A stretch of DNA of 64,000 bases, from the NCBI GenBank assembly GCA_963514005.1, contig OY740813.1, forward strand, positions 8,928,001-8,992,000, given 5' to 3'. This DNA is from Raja brachyura (taxonomy: Eukaryota). The position numbers and the translations under genes were made by a program. Below the pieces are notes generated by a model. It ran no database searches. It saw only the letters and a program-made list of their open reading frames with translations, and was not told where the DNA came from. Positions 1-14,761 of this stretch are shown in pieces; the first letter of the stretch is position 1; each line of letters begins with the position of its first letter.

Positions 1-1127
1 TAGAGAATAGAAATAATTGCGGGCGGAAATAATTCTCTGGCTATAATCAGATGGGGGAAGATACAGGAGCTTGAAAGATCGGATGTCCAGACTTAAGGAC
101 AACTTCTTTCCCACTGCTGCTGACTCCTGAGCCAATCACTTCCACGCTCCATTCCCGGAGGCGTTGTCATTTACTTTTACTTTTAGGTCTATTTCATTGG
201 TTATTTGATTAAAATACTTTAATCTTCTTTTGCACAACTCAGTTTTTGCACTGCAATCATGCACCATTCTGCTGTTTTACATTCATTGTTGTATTTATTG
301 TTGTATTTGTCTTTACGGATTGTATACTGCTTACTTTGTGAACTTCAAGTGAACAAGACATTTTATTGAATCCTGGTTTTAATGACAATAAATTTATCTG
401 TAATCTGTAATGGCTAAGTGTTTTTTTAAATAGGCTTATAATTGTTTAATGTCATCCAGAATCTCAGGATTTATCAAGGCAACTTGCTGTCAATAAAGTA
501 TATTTTAAATATGATCGCTGTTGTGATGGAAGAAACATTGTAGCTAATTACTGCATTGCAATCTCCACCATCAGCAATGTGATAACAACTAGGTATTGGT
601 TGAAGCATATATATTAAGCAGCACTGCATCAAACTTGATCCACAGAGCCTTTAACCTGGAAGTTCAAGTGAAGGTTTAGTTTAACATCGCATGTGAAAGG
701 GGATGTAACATCCTCAATACTGCACCAATGTGTCAGATTCTTGTGCTTAAGTCTCTATTATCATTTTTTTTTAACAATATTGATGGATCTGCTTCCAATG
801 CATTTTCAGCAGAGCATTCCAGGTCATAACAGCTCACTGCATAAGAAGAATTATCCTCAGGAAACATGGCTTTTTTTAGCCAGTTATGTTAAAACTTTTC
901 TTTAATTTAACAAATTCTCATTTCCAATATCGGTGCAGTTAGCCGATTTTCATTCCATTTTCAAGGCTAGAATTCTTTGAATACATTTTCGAGGCATGTT
1001 TGTTTTTCTTCACTAACCTCTCCGTTCCTCCATTTAACTTTGGGTTTCATTTATGGTTGAGATGCTGAGTAGTTAACACACAGCACTAGAGATCCTGAAT
1101 TGGACAGGGAGTCACCTTTATATTACA

Positions 1128-1434
1128 TTAGTTTAATTTAGTTTAGTTTAGAGATGCAGCGCGGAAACAGGCCCTTCGGCACAACCGAGTCCGTGTCGAC
1201 CAGCAATCCCCGCACATTAACGCTATCCTACACACTAGGAACAATTTATAATGATAGCAAGCCAATTAACCTACAAACCTGTACGTCTTTGGAGTGTGGG
1301 AGGAAACCAGAGAAAACCCACGCAGGTCACGGGGATAACGTACAAACTCCACACAGACAGCACCCGTAGACAGGATTGAACCCAGGTCTCTGGCACTGTA
1401 AGGCAACAACTCTACCGCTGCGCCACCGTGCCAC
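1128..1434 (-). mobile_element. tRNA-derived V-SINE (HE1-like)
   Basis: On the minus strand: A box GGTGGCGCAGCGGTAGAG, B box GGTTCAATCC, V-domain core and a (TAAAC)n tail. Confidence 0.88.
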
Positions 1435-4129
1435 TCCAGTTAATACAATGGGCATCTGGGGCAAAATGTTTCAGGCAATAGCCAGATTTACAACAATTAC
1501 TAACCAGAAATAGTCAATATACATAGGTACGTACTGCAGGCTACAAATCTTAATGTATTTTACGAGTTTACTCATACAATAAATAAGTAACAAATGAGAA
1601 AAGAATAGTTTTACAAAGTCATACTCCACCACCCTCTCAGTGTACTCCTGTCCCTGAGATTTCCAAAGCAGTGGACGTAACTGTGACATCAGGGGTGCAC
1701 AATTGAATATGTGTTGTGCAAATGAAGCTCACCTGAATTGATGTAATTCACCCATGTTGAGTAAAGTTTTGTACCAAAAATCAAATCATAGAGTTACCTT
1801 TTATGTGGTTGAAAACAGAGCCAAGATTTAACCACAAACTACTAAATCAATGATAAGAAAAATACGAACTCATCGAAGCTAACTCATATACTAAGCCGAT
1901 TCTATGTGGAATTAAGTTCAAGGGTTAGAATGATTAGAGTTAGTGCTTGGTCAGGGATCTCCACTGCTATCTGATATTGGACCTTTGTTGCTGTTGCCTT
2001 ATTTTTGAGCATTGAGATGTACAAGCTACCGGATTTGAAGTCATTCATTTTTTTCTATCTTTTGTTTTTTTAAATGTAATCATGCAAGGCACTAACATAC
2101 CTCAGAGGTTCAAGTAAAGGTTCACATATGGTGGCTCCAATCCAAATTCGGAACTGCTGCCCATTCCAATTGAAAATTCACAAATTTTAGGAGTTAGCCA
2201 TATATGTCCTACCATGAAATTAATTTTCAGGGAAATCTGTGGCAAAAGAAGGAGAGCAGCTGGAGTAACTCAGCATCTGCATCACTCAGGCAGCATCCAT
2301 AGATGGAAATGGGACTGTTGATATTCCTGGTCAAGACCCTTCTTCTCGACTTGCTGTTCTCCTACTTTTGCTTCTGACTCCAATGGTATGAAAATAGTAA
2401 TCCACTATTTCATTAGTAATAAAGCAGATTGGGATTTTAAGGTTGTGACTGATACTAAATAAACATTACTTCCTGCTGTAGTCTACAACACCCAAATTAA
2501 CTGCCTTTATATTGTTCCCATCATTTCTGCGTTAATAGTCATAAAACAGTTCCCAAGAAACCACAGAACTAATGAGGGCATTAGTGCTCCCTCCATATCT
2601 GTGTGGAAGACTCTACATCATTTACCTCTCAAGTAGAATTACCTCCCCCTCACATCCTGTCTTGCCCACCACTTTTTTTTCCCATAAGAAAAAATATCCT
2701 TTTATCAACTCACCTCACTAACTGAATCAGAAACTGGAAGGTAAATCTTGCTCCTTTTGCTTTTTGTATTGGTGATGAACACACGGCCTGTCCAATTCAT
2801 CCGCATAAATAGTTGTGACGTTTTTTTCGGCAATTATATTTTCCCTCCCTCTGAAGACACTTGTTGAAGCACACATCCCATATTTTACCTTAATGTTCAG
2901 TTTTTACATGTGAGGTTAAACATCAGGAGTCAGCATATTGAAATTTATCATTTAAAACAGGAAGTTATCGGCCTTAATTGCCTCAACACCACCAACAATC
3001 TTCTATCGTGATGTTGATATGTTTCAGAACATCACTTTACACTTTTCCGAATTCCCCATCCTCCATAACCTTCTCCACAGTACATACAGATGAGTCATAG
3101 AGTGATACAGCGTGCAAACTGGCCTTTCGGGCCAACTGGCCCACACCGGCCAACACGTGGCTGCCCACATTTGGCCCATATCCCTCCAAACCTGTCCTAT
3201 CCATGAGAAGTAGTAATTTTGTTAATAAAGTGCCGACTATATTTCTACTGACAGAAAAAGTTAACTTAAAATTAATAGAATAGTGTAAATAGGAAAAGAA
3301 AAAGGTGGTTGGTAATATTCTTTTGCAAAAAGTATTAAGGATATAATACCTGAAAGAGTGGTAAAAGTAAGAACTGCCAAAATTGGAATGGGATGTATAT
3401 CTTATAAGGAAAGGTTTGCAAGAATATGAGGAAAGAGCAGGGAAGTAGGACAAGTGTATAGCTCTTTCATAGAGCTGGCGTGATGAAGTATAATGCCTCC
3501 AGCAGTGTTGTAAGATTCAATGGGCTAGAAACTCAATTAAATAACACATGGTTTTTCTGTGTCACATGGATGAATGTTGGAGTAAAATAAATCACCAAAT
3601 GCAGTCAGGACTTCATGGTTCACATTGGAACATACCATTCTATGCACATGATGCACCTACATATAAAAGGCATTGCAATACTATGCAGGGATATCAATCG
3701 TGATATGCGATGACATTTGAGATTATTGCTACTGAACTGGACTTCAAATGTGCAACAAATAAACATCAATGGTCATGAACAGCAAAATAGCACCTAACAG
3801 ATGTAAAGTTCCAGGTAACCCCAGAACTGACTACACTATCAATATCACTATCAGCACCTGTGGAGAAGACTGGACATAATTTAATTCTCCAATAGAATGG
3901 CCACAGTCTTACATCCGCACACTCTGCTTCATTTCTGGGAAGTCTATCACAAAAATAATCCATGCACTCTGCTCATACTGTATACAATGCTAGACTTGAT
4001 TTCATATCATTATTCGGGTGATGCTTTCTACATTTACTGCATATCTATTTCTGCACCATGATACCCAGTCTAGCCACAGAGAACCATGGGGCCTCAGTAT
4101 ATTCTGATACTACTCACCCCAGCTACATT

Positions 4130-4172
4130 CCTACCACTACTACCTCCACTACTACTACTACTACTACCACCA
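4130..4172 (+). repeat. (CTA/CCA)n microsatellite
   Basis: Read directly from the sequence. Confidence 0.85.
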
Positions 4173-4805
4173 ATAGAGGTTCCTATAGAGAACTGCAGTT
4201 TTGAGAACTCTAAGCAAGACAACGTATCTCAAGTCACTTTGGCCTCATTTTGAACTACTCACCTGGTCCTGGACTCCCTATCAATGCAAACGGTCCTCTC
4301 CATTCATCCAATTACTTCTCTTAATACTGTGAAAGTTATGATTAAATAATTTCCCAAATATCTACACTTGTAAATGGAGGGGAGGGCTGTTGGACCAGGT
4401 TGAGTCTGTCGCTTTCTGCAACCTGCATTGGAATTTGCTTACTAGGCCAGGTTCTTTTTGAATGGTGAAGCAAGGCTCCAGGTACTCCTGCTTTTTTTCT
4501 TGTGTTCTTATGTTTTCTTCATGAATGACTTCAGATAGGACAGATTATCTGCCTCATATGCCATCAACGTCTAAAAAGACAATAAAAAGGTTTATATCTC
4601 AGATGAATACCCTACACTATAAATAAATTAAGATAAAGGCGGGCAACTTACACATTTATCGTCAATCTTTCAAATGCTAAATTTGCAACTCATTATTTCC
4701 ATTAACAACATTTAATAAAATACATATCTAATTTAGGTGAAAAATCGAGGGTCACTAGTTCACACAGGGGAGTGTAGAAACCTGGACCATTCTATTTCAC
4801 AAGAC

Positions 4806-5305
4806 TACTTAATTCCGGGATGGCGGGACTGTCATATGCTGAGAGAATGGAGCAGCTGGGCTTGTATACTCTGGAGTTTAGAAGGATGAAAGGGGATCTT
4901 ATTGAAACATATAAGATTGTTAAGGGTTTGGACACGCTGGAGGCAGGAAACATGTTTCGGATGTTGGGGGAGTCTAGAACTCTAGAACTCCCCCAACTCT
5001 AGAACTAGGGGCCACAGTTTAAGAATAAGGGGTAAGCCATTTAGAACGGAGACGAGGAAACACATTTTCTCACAGAGAGTGGTGAGTCTGTGGAATTCTC
5101 TGCCTCAGAGGGTGGTGGAGGCCGGTTCTCTGGATACATTCAAGAGAGAGCTAGATAAGGTTCATAAATATAGCGGAGTCAGGGGATATGGGGAGAAGGC
5201 AGGAACGGGGTACTGATTGGGGATGATCAACCATGATCACATTGAATGGCGGTGCTGGCTCGAAGGGCCGAATGGCATACTCCTGCACCTATTGTCTATT
5301 GTCTA
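4806..5305 (+). mobile_element. CR1 (HER1-like) LINE 3' fragment
   Basis: ORF2 C-terminus GLSYAERMEQLGLYTLEFRRMKGDLIETYKI and an (ATTGTCT)n tail. Confidence 0.9.
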
Positions 5306-8300
5306 CCGATTAGGTAAAAAATTAACTTTCCATTCTAAGATTGATAGATCTTTGTTGGATATAGGGTCATGATGTGACAATGGAGTCAAGGTAGAAATAA
5401 ACCATGATGTTTGGGAATGGCAGAGCAACTTCAAGGGCTGAGTGGGCTACTTCTGTCCCTGTGTATTTTTCAACGTTCCCAGTCATTCTTCAAATCTTCA
5501 TGCTTTAAATCCACTGAACTTGGATATATGACATTAAACAACATTAAACACATCACCAGCAAAAGTGAGTCAAACAGCAGATTGAATGGCGTGAAGCTAA
5601 CACATTTAATCAAATGGCAGATGCAATTAGCAGTTTTGCCTTGCTGAATTAAACTGTGATATGATGCTTTGAAACAAGCATACACAAAAAAATAACTGAG
5701 CCTCATGGCCTGAATACACAATTACATCAGGGGTACAGTTGTACACATTTGAAGTGAACAATTTCTCTTCTTTCGTGTTCCTCTCTTGCCTTATAGCAAG
5801 CCCTCACTGACAGGCAAAGGTTATTTAAATCGTTATGTGGGTGGGGAAAATCCCCGGTGCCTCGCTTCAAAGCAAATCCTCCACTCATTTTATACACATG
5901 CACATACACACTCATACTCTCACATTAACCACAGAGCTACAGCACCCACGCCCAAAGCTCACTGGAATTAACCCTTTCACTGGCAAACTGTGTAATACCA
6001 AAGCTATAAATTTAACACTAAATAAATTATTTATAGATGTGGTTTAATTTGGTTTTGTCAATTCTTTTATAATTTCTAACTTTACACCAACGAATACACT
6101 TCAAAGGTAATTGATAGTAAAGTGGCTTGGCCTGCCCTGACTACATGAAAGGCACTATACAAATGCAAGTTCTTTCTTTTTCTTTGAGATCATTAGTCGA
6201 GTTCCTGCGGTGTTGCACACAGGTTGGCAAGACCAACTGCCGTGTTCAGGGAAATGGATTTAAGCATTGAGGGATATTTGGAATTAAATATGCAAATCTA
6301 ATTCTTAGCTGATAGCATTAAGAACTCACATCTGTCCCTACTTTTATAAGCTCACATTTAGACATGAAAATACTTATGTAAACTTTTCATGATGCCATTA
6401 CAATCTCTTGTCAGTGGTGGCACTGTAGGAGCTCGATTGGCATGAGTGGAATGAGAGCATAACAGGATTTGAGTGTGACAGTTTTATAGTTTTTTACCAT
6501 TATAAAAGGAAACATAGTAATTCACAACAGAAACAATTAAATTCAGCCCACATAGATTAGGATTTGTTAATATATTGCTAGATGTATGTGGGGTGTGCAA
6601 AGGCAACTGATCTAATATTCTAATATTACTCATATTACACAATAGACTGATTACAATTAACTTCAGAGAATCAAGATTAAACGTGGGCCTGAGTGTTGCT
6701 GACAACTGGACCAAATCGCCAATGAAATTTGTTTCCCAATGTAAACACATATTCATTCATTGTTTTAGAATTTCCATCGTAAATTGCCATGTCCATATTT
6801 TCAATGAAAATTGCGCATGTAAACATATCAAGCTGTAATTACAAATTCTCCCCATTGGTGTTACTGCATTACATTTACTGTAACAAAATGGTATAAGTGA
6901 CAAGTGGGTTCTACAATAAATGTGGATACAGGAACCTATAATGGAAAAAGTGACTTGCAGTACTTGCAGACTTACAATTTGCTATATTTATGAAGATAAC
7001 AACAAAGAACCATTTTAACGATATTCTAAATCTCTTCTGGAAGGGGGCAATGAATAACAATGAAAATTAGTTGCTAGTCATATGATGTTTGGACCTCAGC
7101 TGAAGTATTAATTTGCTCGCTATAATTAATTTCCAAATTAATTATGCCTTTTTCTCCAACAAATCCAGAACATTCCTCACTCTTGCTGTTAATTTATTTC
7201 AATGAGGTTCCAACACATACATCTGGACAGTTCCATAGTACACAAACATCCCTTTCCCAAATGGTTGATCATGGATGAGCCAAAAGAGTGCACGCTGGCA
7301 AGTTCAGGTGGATGGAGAAATTATCATATCTCATATTTGCCAAATAAATCTTCACGAAAGGTCAAAAGATCATAATTATAACCAAAAACTCCAATTAACT
7401 TTTTTTCAATGTGTTCAATAGCACAAAGGGTAATTTGCCTGTCATCCTGGCATTGCCCCTTTCTTGGGTTAAGATATAGGAGCTTGATATAGATATAGGA
7501 GTATGAAAGCTCAGACATCAAACCTAAGAATAGCTTTGTCTCCACTGCACTCCAGCCATTGCACCAATCACTAATTTTACACCCCACTCCTGGAGCTGTT
7601 GCCACAAACTCTTACTCTTCCATCAATTCCATCAGCTATTCTGTTATTGTACTTTAATATTCTTTTCAACTATCTGGATTTTGCACCACAATCATGCATC
7701 ATTTTGCTGCTTTGCACTTGTCATTCTATTTATTGTTGTATTTATCATTACAATAAGTATACTGTATGCTCTATGAACTTCATGTGAACAATGAATTTCA
7801 TTTCACTCTGGAGTATCTGATAATGAACTAATCTGACAACCTTGCGCATAAATTGTCATCACATTTCCTACATTATATTAGTGACTCCACGGAAAAGTAT
7901 TTAACTCATCTGCTAATGCCTTCATCCAAAGGCTTTTTCATTTTGTGCTTTGCAGTAGACTAACAACCTTAACATTTATGGCCAAGCCACAATTCTGTAT
8001 ATAATGCCTAAAATGGCTATACCATAAGAAAAACTTGCATTTTGACAAAACCTTTCATGATTTCAGGTTCTCCCAAAGGGGTTCACAGCCAATTAAGTAT
8101 TATAGAATTGCAGTTACATTATAATGTTTTGTAGAGTGATGTTTAAGGCAAAATATTGGCTAGAATATCAGGGATAACTTCGACCCAACTACAATCCCCT
8201 ACCGTGCTCTTTCTCAAAAGAGCACCATGTGATTTTTCACAACCAACTTAGAGAGCTTTATCTGAGAGACTGTACCTCCAAGGTTGTAGACTTCCTCAGT

Positions 8301-8527
8301 GCCATATTGGTTTGTCAGCCTGGAATTTTGTGGTCACGTTTCTAGAATATCCAGGTAGCTGTTGAGATTGCCAAACATGACCATTGCAGTATGTATGCAA
8401 ATTCCTGGTCAGTTCTTAAGGAAATAGTTCCAATTTAATATTGATATGATGCATTTGACTTTACACAATACCTAATAGATCTAGGGGTGTTTTGTGCTAA
8501 TAAATAGTAAGCACCTAATTGCATTGA

Positions 8528-8832
8528 AGGAAACAGCATGGAAATGGGCCCTTTGGCCCACCAAGTCCATGCAAACCATCAATCACTCCTTCACACTCTT
8601 TCTATGTTATCCCTCCTTCACATCCACTTTCAACACTTACAGAGGACAATTCTAAACGGTAAATTGTAGGTACTACAAACCCGCACTTTATTTGGATGTG
8701 GGAGAAAACTGGAGCACGCAGTAAAAACCCATGAGATTGCAGGGAGAACGTATAAACTCAACATAGACAGCACCAGAGGATAGGATCAAACCCGGGGCTC
8801 TGGTGCAGTGAGACAGCAATTCTACCAGCTTC
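8528..8832 (-). mobile_element. V-SINE, older copy
   Basis: Same head and core layout as 1128-1434. Confidence 0.7.
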
Positions 8833-10116
8833 ACTTAAAGGATAGTTCACAAAACGTTTGAGTTTTGAGAAGAATATTTGAAAATGCAATTTATCTTTAG
8901 CTTTATTATTTTGAGGGTCTCCAAGACCACTGCGATGCCCTATCTGCACATTCACACTTTGTGATTCAATTGGTGTATCCATATCACTCCCTCGGGTATT
9001 TGTGCTGAAACTTCCAATAGATGGAGTAATTCACACTTAGAGCTCCACCATGACTCATAACCCATGCCCTCTATTTTTTAATGTTCTCCTGAATCCAACC
9101 CAGACTGCTCTTATTGATTGAGGGATTTAAAACAAAGAACGTCCACTGATTTTGATAATTTTCCTCATTGTCCTGCAAATAGAGAAGCAGTGCGAAAAAG
9201 TTTCAGATATTTTAAGGTCATGCAAAACCTCCTTATAAATGCAAATCTTCCTTCAGGCCAGGAAATATCAAGATGTCTTCCAAACTAAGGCTGGTTACCA
9301 TATCATGGTATCAAGTAATAACAAAACTATTCAGTGCTTCAGTGATCATTGCTTCTTGTCATACTGGTACATACTGACTGAAACAGCATAAATGTAGCTG
9401 TTTCTAAGCTTTATGTGCTTTATGCAGTTAATTATTGTCACTTCAAATTGACCAAGTGGTCAATTTAAATTACAATTCAATATTTATTTCTCAATAAACA
9501 TCACAGAAACAGATTATCTGGTTTTTAATACTGCTGTACATTTTTCTCTATTATAATAGTGAATACACTTCATTACGAAGTGATTAGCATATCCCAAGCT
9601 CATCAAAGTGCAACTTGTTTTCCTTTCTTACTCTACAGCTTAAATGAAAAATTGTTCAACTTAATTGCAAGATAACCTCTCCATAGCATCAGTTTTCAAT
9701 GGTCATTTTGAAGTGACGATAAATAATTGTATAAACCACATGAAACCTGGAAAGGCAAATATTTTACCCATTGGTTAATACACTGATATGTTAATCACCA
9801 TAGTTTGGCAGACTTCTTTACATTTCAGTTACGATAGTGGCATTTAAGAGACTTTTGGATAGGCATATCGATATGCAGTAAATGGAGGGATACGGATTAC
9901 GCAGTCAGATAAGAGGTGGTCTTGGCATCATATAAAGCACAGATATCATGGGCTGAAGGGCTTGTTCTTGCGCGGTATTGTTCTATGTTCATCATCTTAG
10001 TGAAAATTGGCATTTATGAGGCATCTCATTCATTATTATCACAAAATATCACAAAGTGATCTCCAGTAATGAATGTTGATGTGACTACAATTCAGTTTTT
10101 GAACTAGAAAGAGTAA

Positions 10117-12413
10117 AACCCCTGTCTCACGGTGCGAGTTGGCCCACGAGTTACCCCGAGTTTTCACTCGTGGTGATCACGTCGTGGGAATGTCGGAACT
10201 CGCACAAGCAACTTATCGACTCGTGGCGCTAACGGCAGGTACTCGGGAAACTTGTTAACTCGTGGAAAAAAATCAAACATGTTTGATTTTTTCCATGAGT
10301 CAAATTAACTCTTCAAGTTAAAAATTGAAACATTTAAACTCGTTGTAGTAACGTAGTGGCTACGTTACTACTACGTACTACAACGAGTTTAAATGTTTCC
10401 TTAGTGACTCGTAAGTCTACCGTGGGAACTTTCTTATAATCTGTTCGTTCGCTCGAGTAAAGACTGACCCAAAGATAGAAACTCAGCGGACCAGGCAGCA
10501 TCTCTGGAGAGAAGGAATGGAGTCGAGACTCTTCTTCAGACTTACCCGAAACGCCACCCATTCCTTCTCTCCAGAGATGCGGCCTGTCCCACTCCAGCAT
10601 TTTGTGTCTATCTTCGGCCTTTCTGCGATGATCTGCAACTTGTCCTTTATTACTGAGGCACCTGCCCCGTGGCTTCATATTCATCTCAATGAACGGCTGT
10701 AGGATTACACAAAAAGCTGGAAAAACTCAGCGGGTGCAGCAGCATCTAAGGAGCGCAGGAGATAGGCGACGTTTCGGGTCGAGACCCTTCTTCAGACCTG
10801 CTGACTTTCTTCATGCTGCTGCACCCGCTGTTTCTCCAGCTTTTTGTGTAACCCTCGATTCTCCAGCATCTGCAGTTCCTTCTTTAACACGAACGGCTTT
10901 ACGACGCGGTTAAAGACCTGCCGGAGGGGCAAGTCTGGGGCGGTGGGTGGGTTGTGTCCACGTGTGATGCTCCATCCACTCCCCGGGGCCGAGAGTGTGG
11001 GATTGGGAAGGAACTGCAGATGCTGGTTTACACCGAAGATAGACACACACAATGCTGGAGTAACTCCGAGGGTCAGGCAGCATCTCTGGAGAGATGGGAT
11101 GGGTGAGATTTCGGGTCGAGACCCTACTTCAGACTTCTCCAGAGATCCCGCTGAGTTTACTCCAGTAGTTGGTGTCTATCCCGGTGGCGGGGAGCCGGGC
11201 TTGGCCACCCCGCCGCCTCTACTTGCCGGTCAGTCGGGTGATCATCGTCTTCCACCCGGGATGCAGCGGAGTTTTGCACCAGGTGAGTTGTCCAGCGCTC
11301 ACGGTGGACGAGGGAGGACAGCAACAGGCCAGGTAAATGAATAGCAGCACATAAATGAGTCTAGGATTTCTTGTTTTTATGTTTTAATTTACAAGCCGCT
11401 TCACGCGAGGCAAGTTTTATTTTCAGTCCGAAGAAGGGTCTCGACCCGAAACGTCACCCATTCAACGATAGACACAAACAAGCTGGAATAACTCAGCAGG
11501 GACAGGCCGCATCTCTGGAGGGAAGGAATGGGTGATGTTTAGATCCAAATGCTGGAGAATTTCAGCAGGTCGAGACCCTTATGTCACCCATCCCTTCGCT
11601 CTATAGATGCTGCTGCACCCGCTGAGTTTCTCCAGAATTTGTGTACGCTCGATTTTCCTGCATCTGCAGTTCCTTCTTTAACACTGCTGGAGTAATTCAG
11701 CGGGTCGAGATCCTTCTTCAGAAGACGAGCCCATATCCGAAACGTCACCTTCACCTACCCACGTTCTCCAGAGATGTTACCTGGCCCGCGTTGTTACTCC
11801 AGCTTGTTGCGTCTGCCTTCCGTCTGAAGCCTTGGGATAGTCGCCAATATGAAGACGGTGCGAAGCTGGAGTTTAATGCTGACAAGTGGGATCGTTGCCC
11901 TTTGTGTTGGCGTGGAAGGGGACGTGGAGGGAGACACAGCGGCTTTTGAGACTGGTGGGCAATCACTACCAAAGTGTCTGCCTGCAGTCAGCACACCTCT
12001 CCTACACGTCTCCCGCACAAAGACCATCCCGCAGAGAATGATTCAAGCACCCAAGAGCCTTGTCTGTCAGCCACCTTCCACCTCAACTTACGCCTGGGCA
12101 CCAAAGCAGCTCAAGAGGCGAACCCTGAGCTCCGTCTCCCAACAATCTGAACAGCAGCTGCGGCCGGCCGGCACCCGGCATGGACTTCTCACCCCTCACA
12201 CACTTACCTTCATTCACGGTTGGCTCAAGAGTAACGGGAGTGGAACTTGTTAACTCGGGAGAGTAAGTTGGAACATTGCAGCAATGACATACCCGTGGGA
12301 ACTCGGTTAAACACTTGATCATAAACTTGAAATCTCGTACACAACCACGAGTCTGTTTTTTTTCTTTCACTTGGGGTCACTCGTGGGATGACTCGCACCG
12401 TGAGACAGGGCCT
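10117..12413. mobile_element. Non-autonomous PIF/Harbinger-like DNA element with cargo
   Basis: ~45-bp imperfect TIRs (CCCTGTCTCACGGTGCGAGT / ACTCGCACCGTGAGACAGGG), TAA and GAA flanks, and repeated ACTCG(T/G) subterminal motifs at both ends. Confidence 0.75.
10702..10890. mobile_element. Fold-back PLE-end mini-element, opposite orientation, centre deleted
   Basis: Same subfamily sequence as the copies at 22170 and 42186. TSD GAACGGCT(G/T)TA at 10691-10701 and 10891-10901. Confidence 0.8.
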
Positions 12414-14761
12414 GAATGGGGGTCTCCTCACCTGACAACATTGCAATTTAACAATCAGTATATGGAATGGACCTAAGAGTTCTTCACTGCATTTTTGCAC
12501 ATAATTTGACTTACTTTCAGATGCCAGAGATGATTCCCAACACATCAATTCGAGATTGGCATCAGGGGTTACTATCAATATTCCTGTGAGATGCATTCTA
12601 CACTCTTTGATCTTTTATCTCTGCACTGAGCAAAAATTCTTAATCTTTGCTATTTAATAGCATTTTTTTTAAACCTGCCTCCTACATTTGCCTATAAAAT
12701 CATAAATTAACTAATTTATTAAGTGTTTATTTAATTCAACTTTTTGAACATCCTAAAAATATAAAGAAAACTAGGAGTGAAAAAAAAAGTTTAATTACCA
12801 CTGGAGTTGGAATATCATTCTATTAGAATGAAAAAAAAACATTCCAACGTCTAAACACTGGGCTTCAGCCCCATCCTACTCTTTCGGGCTTTGATTACTG
12901 CAGTTTTTTTTTCTTGAAAAATTAGCTCAAAAAACTATGGAGTATGTGATTTAATATATTAGAATCCAACTAATATAACTTTCTTTACCTCTCCCCGACG
13001 AAAGCTCACAATGCCACCAAATATCAAATTAGAAAACCATAGGTAGAGAGAAATAAACACATCAAATTTCCAGCTCCACTGCGATTACAACCAATAACCG
13101 CTTTAATGGCAATGCCTTTTTTAAGTATAGAAAAATATATACAAATATCTGAATGAATTAAGTAATTCACCCTTCATTCACCCCTCTAGTTTCATTCACC
13201 CCAAAATAATTGCATTCCCCCTTGGGTGAACCATTCACCAGTTTAAGAAGCACTGATTTGGAGAACCTGTGGAAGAGACACAACTAACCATAAGGAATAA
13301 CACCATGGTTCAAAATAACTGTTAGATAAAGTAGAAAATAATGCCTGAGTAACACCAAAATTTGTAGAAGAAAGACTGAAGAATTCCACGACCCTGAAGT
13401 CTTTAGAATAATGAGTTATACCCAGAAAATTGTGATAATTACTGATTTTAACAGAGTGAGAAAGCGGAGAAGAGAAAAATCATGAAAAGTGGAGTATTTA
13501 TGAAGTTATGAGGAAGGAGAGAAATGTGCAGAGAACCACATTACAAATGAATATCAAAAATGTTCCTGTAAAAAAACCCTCCCATGCAAGGTTGTGATGA
13601 ATAATAGTAGAGTGCAGAGGTGATAAGAACTATTAGACAACAGACTTATACATTCTGAATTGCTCACACAAGCCAAATGTAGAATGCAGCACACCAAATG
13701 CAAATGGAAAAAAGGAAATTTTAAATAAGAAGTGTTGATGGGCAGACAGAGCTCCATTAAATATTTAGAAAATTACCTGACATAATTGTTCAACTTTTGC
13801 ACGGAAACAAAAAGCTTACTATGCCTCAGAGAGAAAATACTGCTGTGAAGCAACTTTAACTCCCAGCTGTGAGTGAGGATCCTTGATCAGATAACGCTGG
13901 GGAATTACCATCTGCACTGCAGAGCGAACAAGTCTTAAATGTCAGGTGACAAAATTATTTCCATTTTCAAAATATGCTGAAGTGTTCTTAGCATGGTTCT
14001 GTCAGCTGCATAACATCATCAGTTGGGCGCTGAATCTACTGACTTTGTTTCCAGTGATACTCCAGTGACCTCGATTGGAAGGAATAGGTGAAGAAACTTT
14101 GTTTTAGAAGAGGATTAACCTTGGCAATGTTGGCCACTGGTAATCAAATTCTGTTTCCCCTCACCATGAGAAAATTTCAGATGACAAACAAAGTTAATGG
14201 AACATTGCCTCTACGAGCCCGTCATGAGTCCGTGAGCCTAATTTATCTCAAAAGATAAAACAAACCGCATATGCAGGAAATCCAAAACAGAAACAGAAAA
14301 TATTGCAAGCAATCAACAAGTCAAGCAGCATATACAAAAATAAAATCAAAATTAGTGTTTCAGATCAAAGACTATTTGTCACAACAATTCAACTGGAAAT
14401 ATTAACTGTGCCTTTTTCTTTTCATGGATGCTGCCTGACCCACCGGGTATTCAAGTCAGGTGTCAAGTCCGGTGAGGTACAGGTACAATGATAAACCTGC
14501 TTGCAGCAATAGATTCAGACAACAAGTGGGCACCATCAGACTCGGGGACAATTTTTTTCACTTCTATTATCAGGTTTCTGAAGGGTCCTTCATAAGCTAG
14601 GCTACTGTCCGAAGCACCTCTACCCCATTGCAGACATTGGACTTTGTCTATGGAACTGGTGTGCTACAATGCTGAGAACTATATTCTGCACTGTGTCTTC
14701 CCCTTTGATCTAACTATTGTACTTGAGTTTGACTTGATTGTATTCATGCATAGTGTTATCT

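Noticed and set aside
11849-12253. 134-aa ORF with a hydrophobic N-terminus
   Set aside because: No recognisable domain, and it runs into the subterminal repeats of the transposon. It is kept only as possible cargo.
1669-13255. CAGTG...CACTG ends with ATTCACCC motifs as one large hAT element
   Set aside because: The match between the two ends is too weak and I found no TSD. They are more likely separate old MITE fragments.
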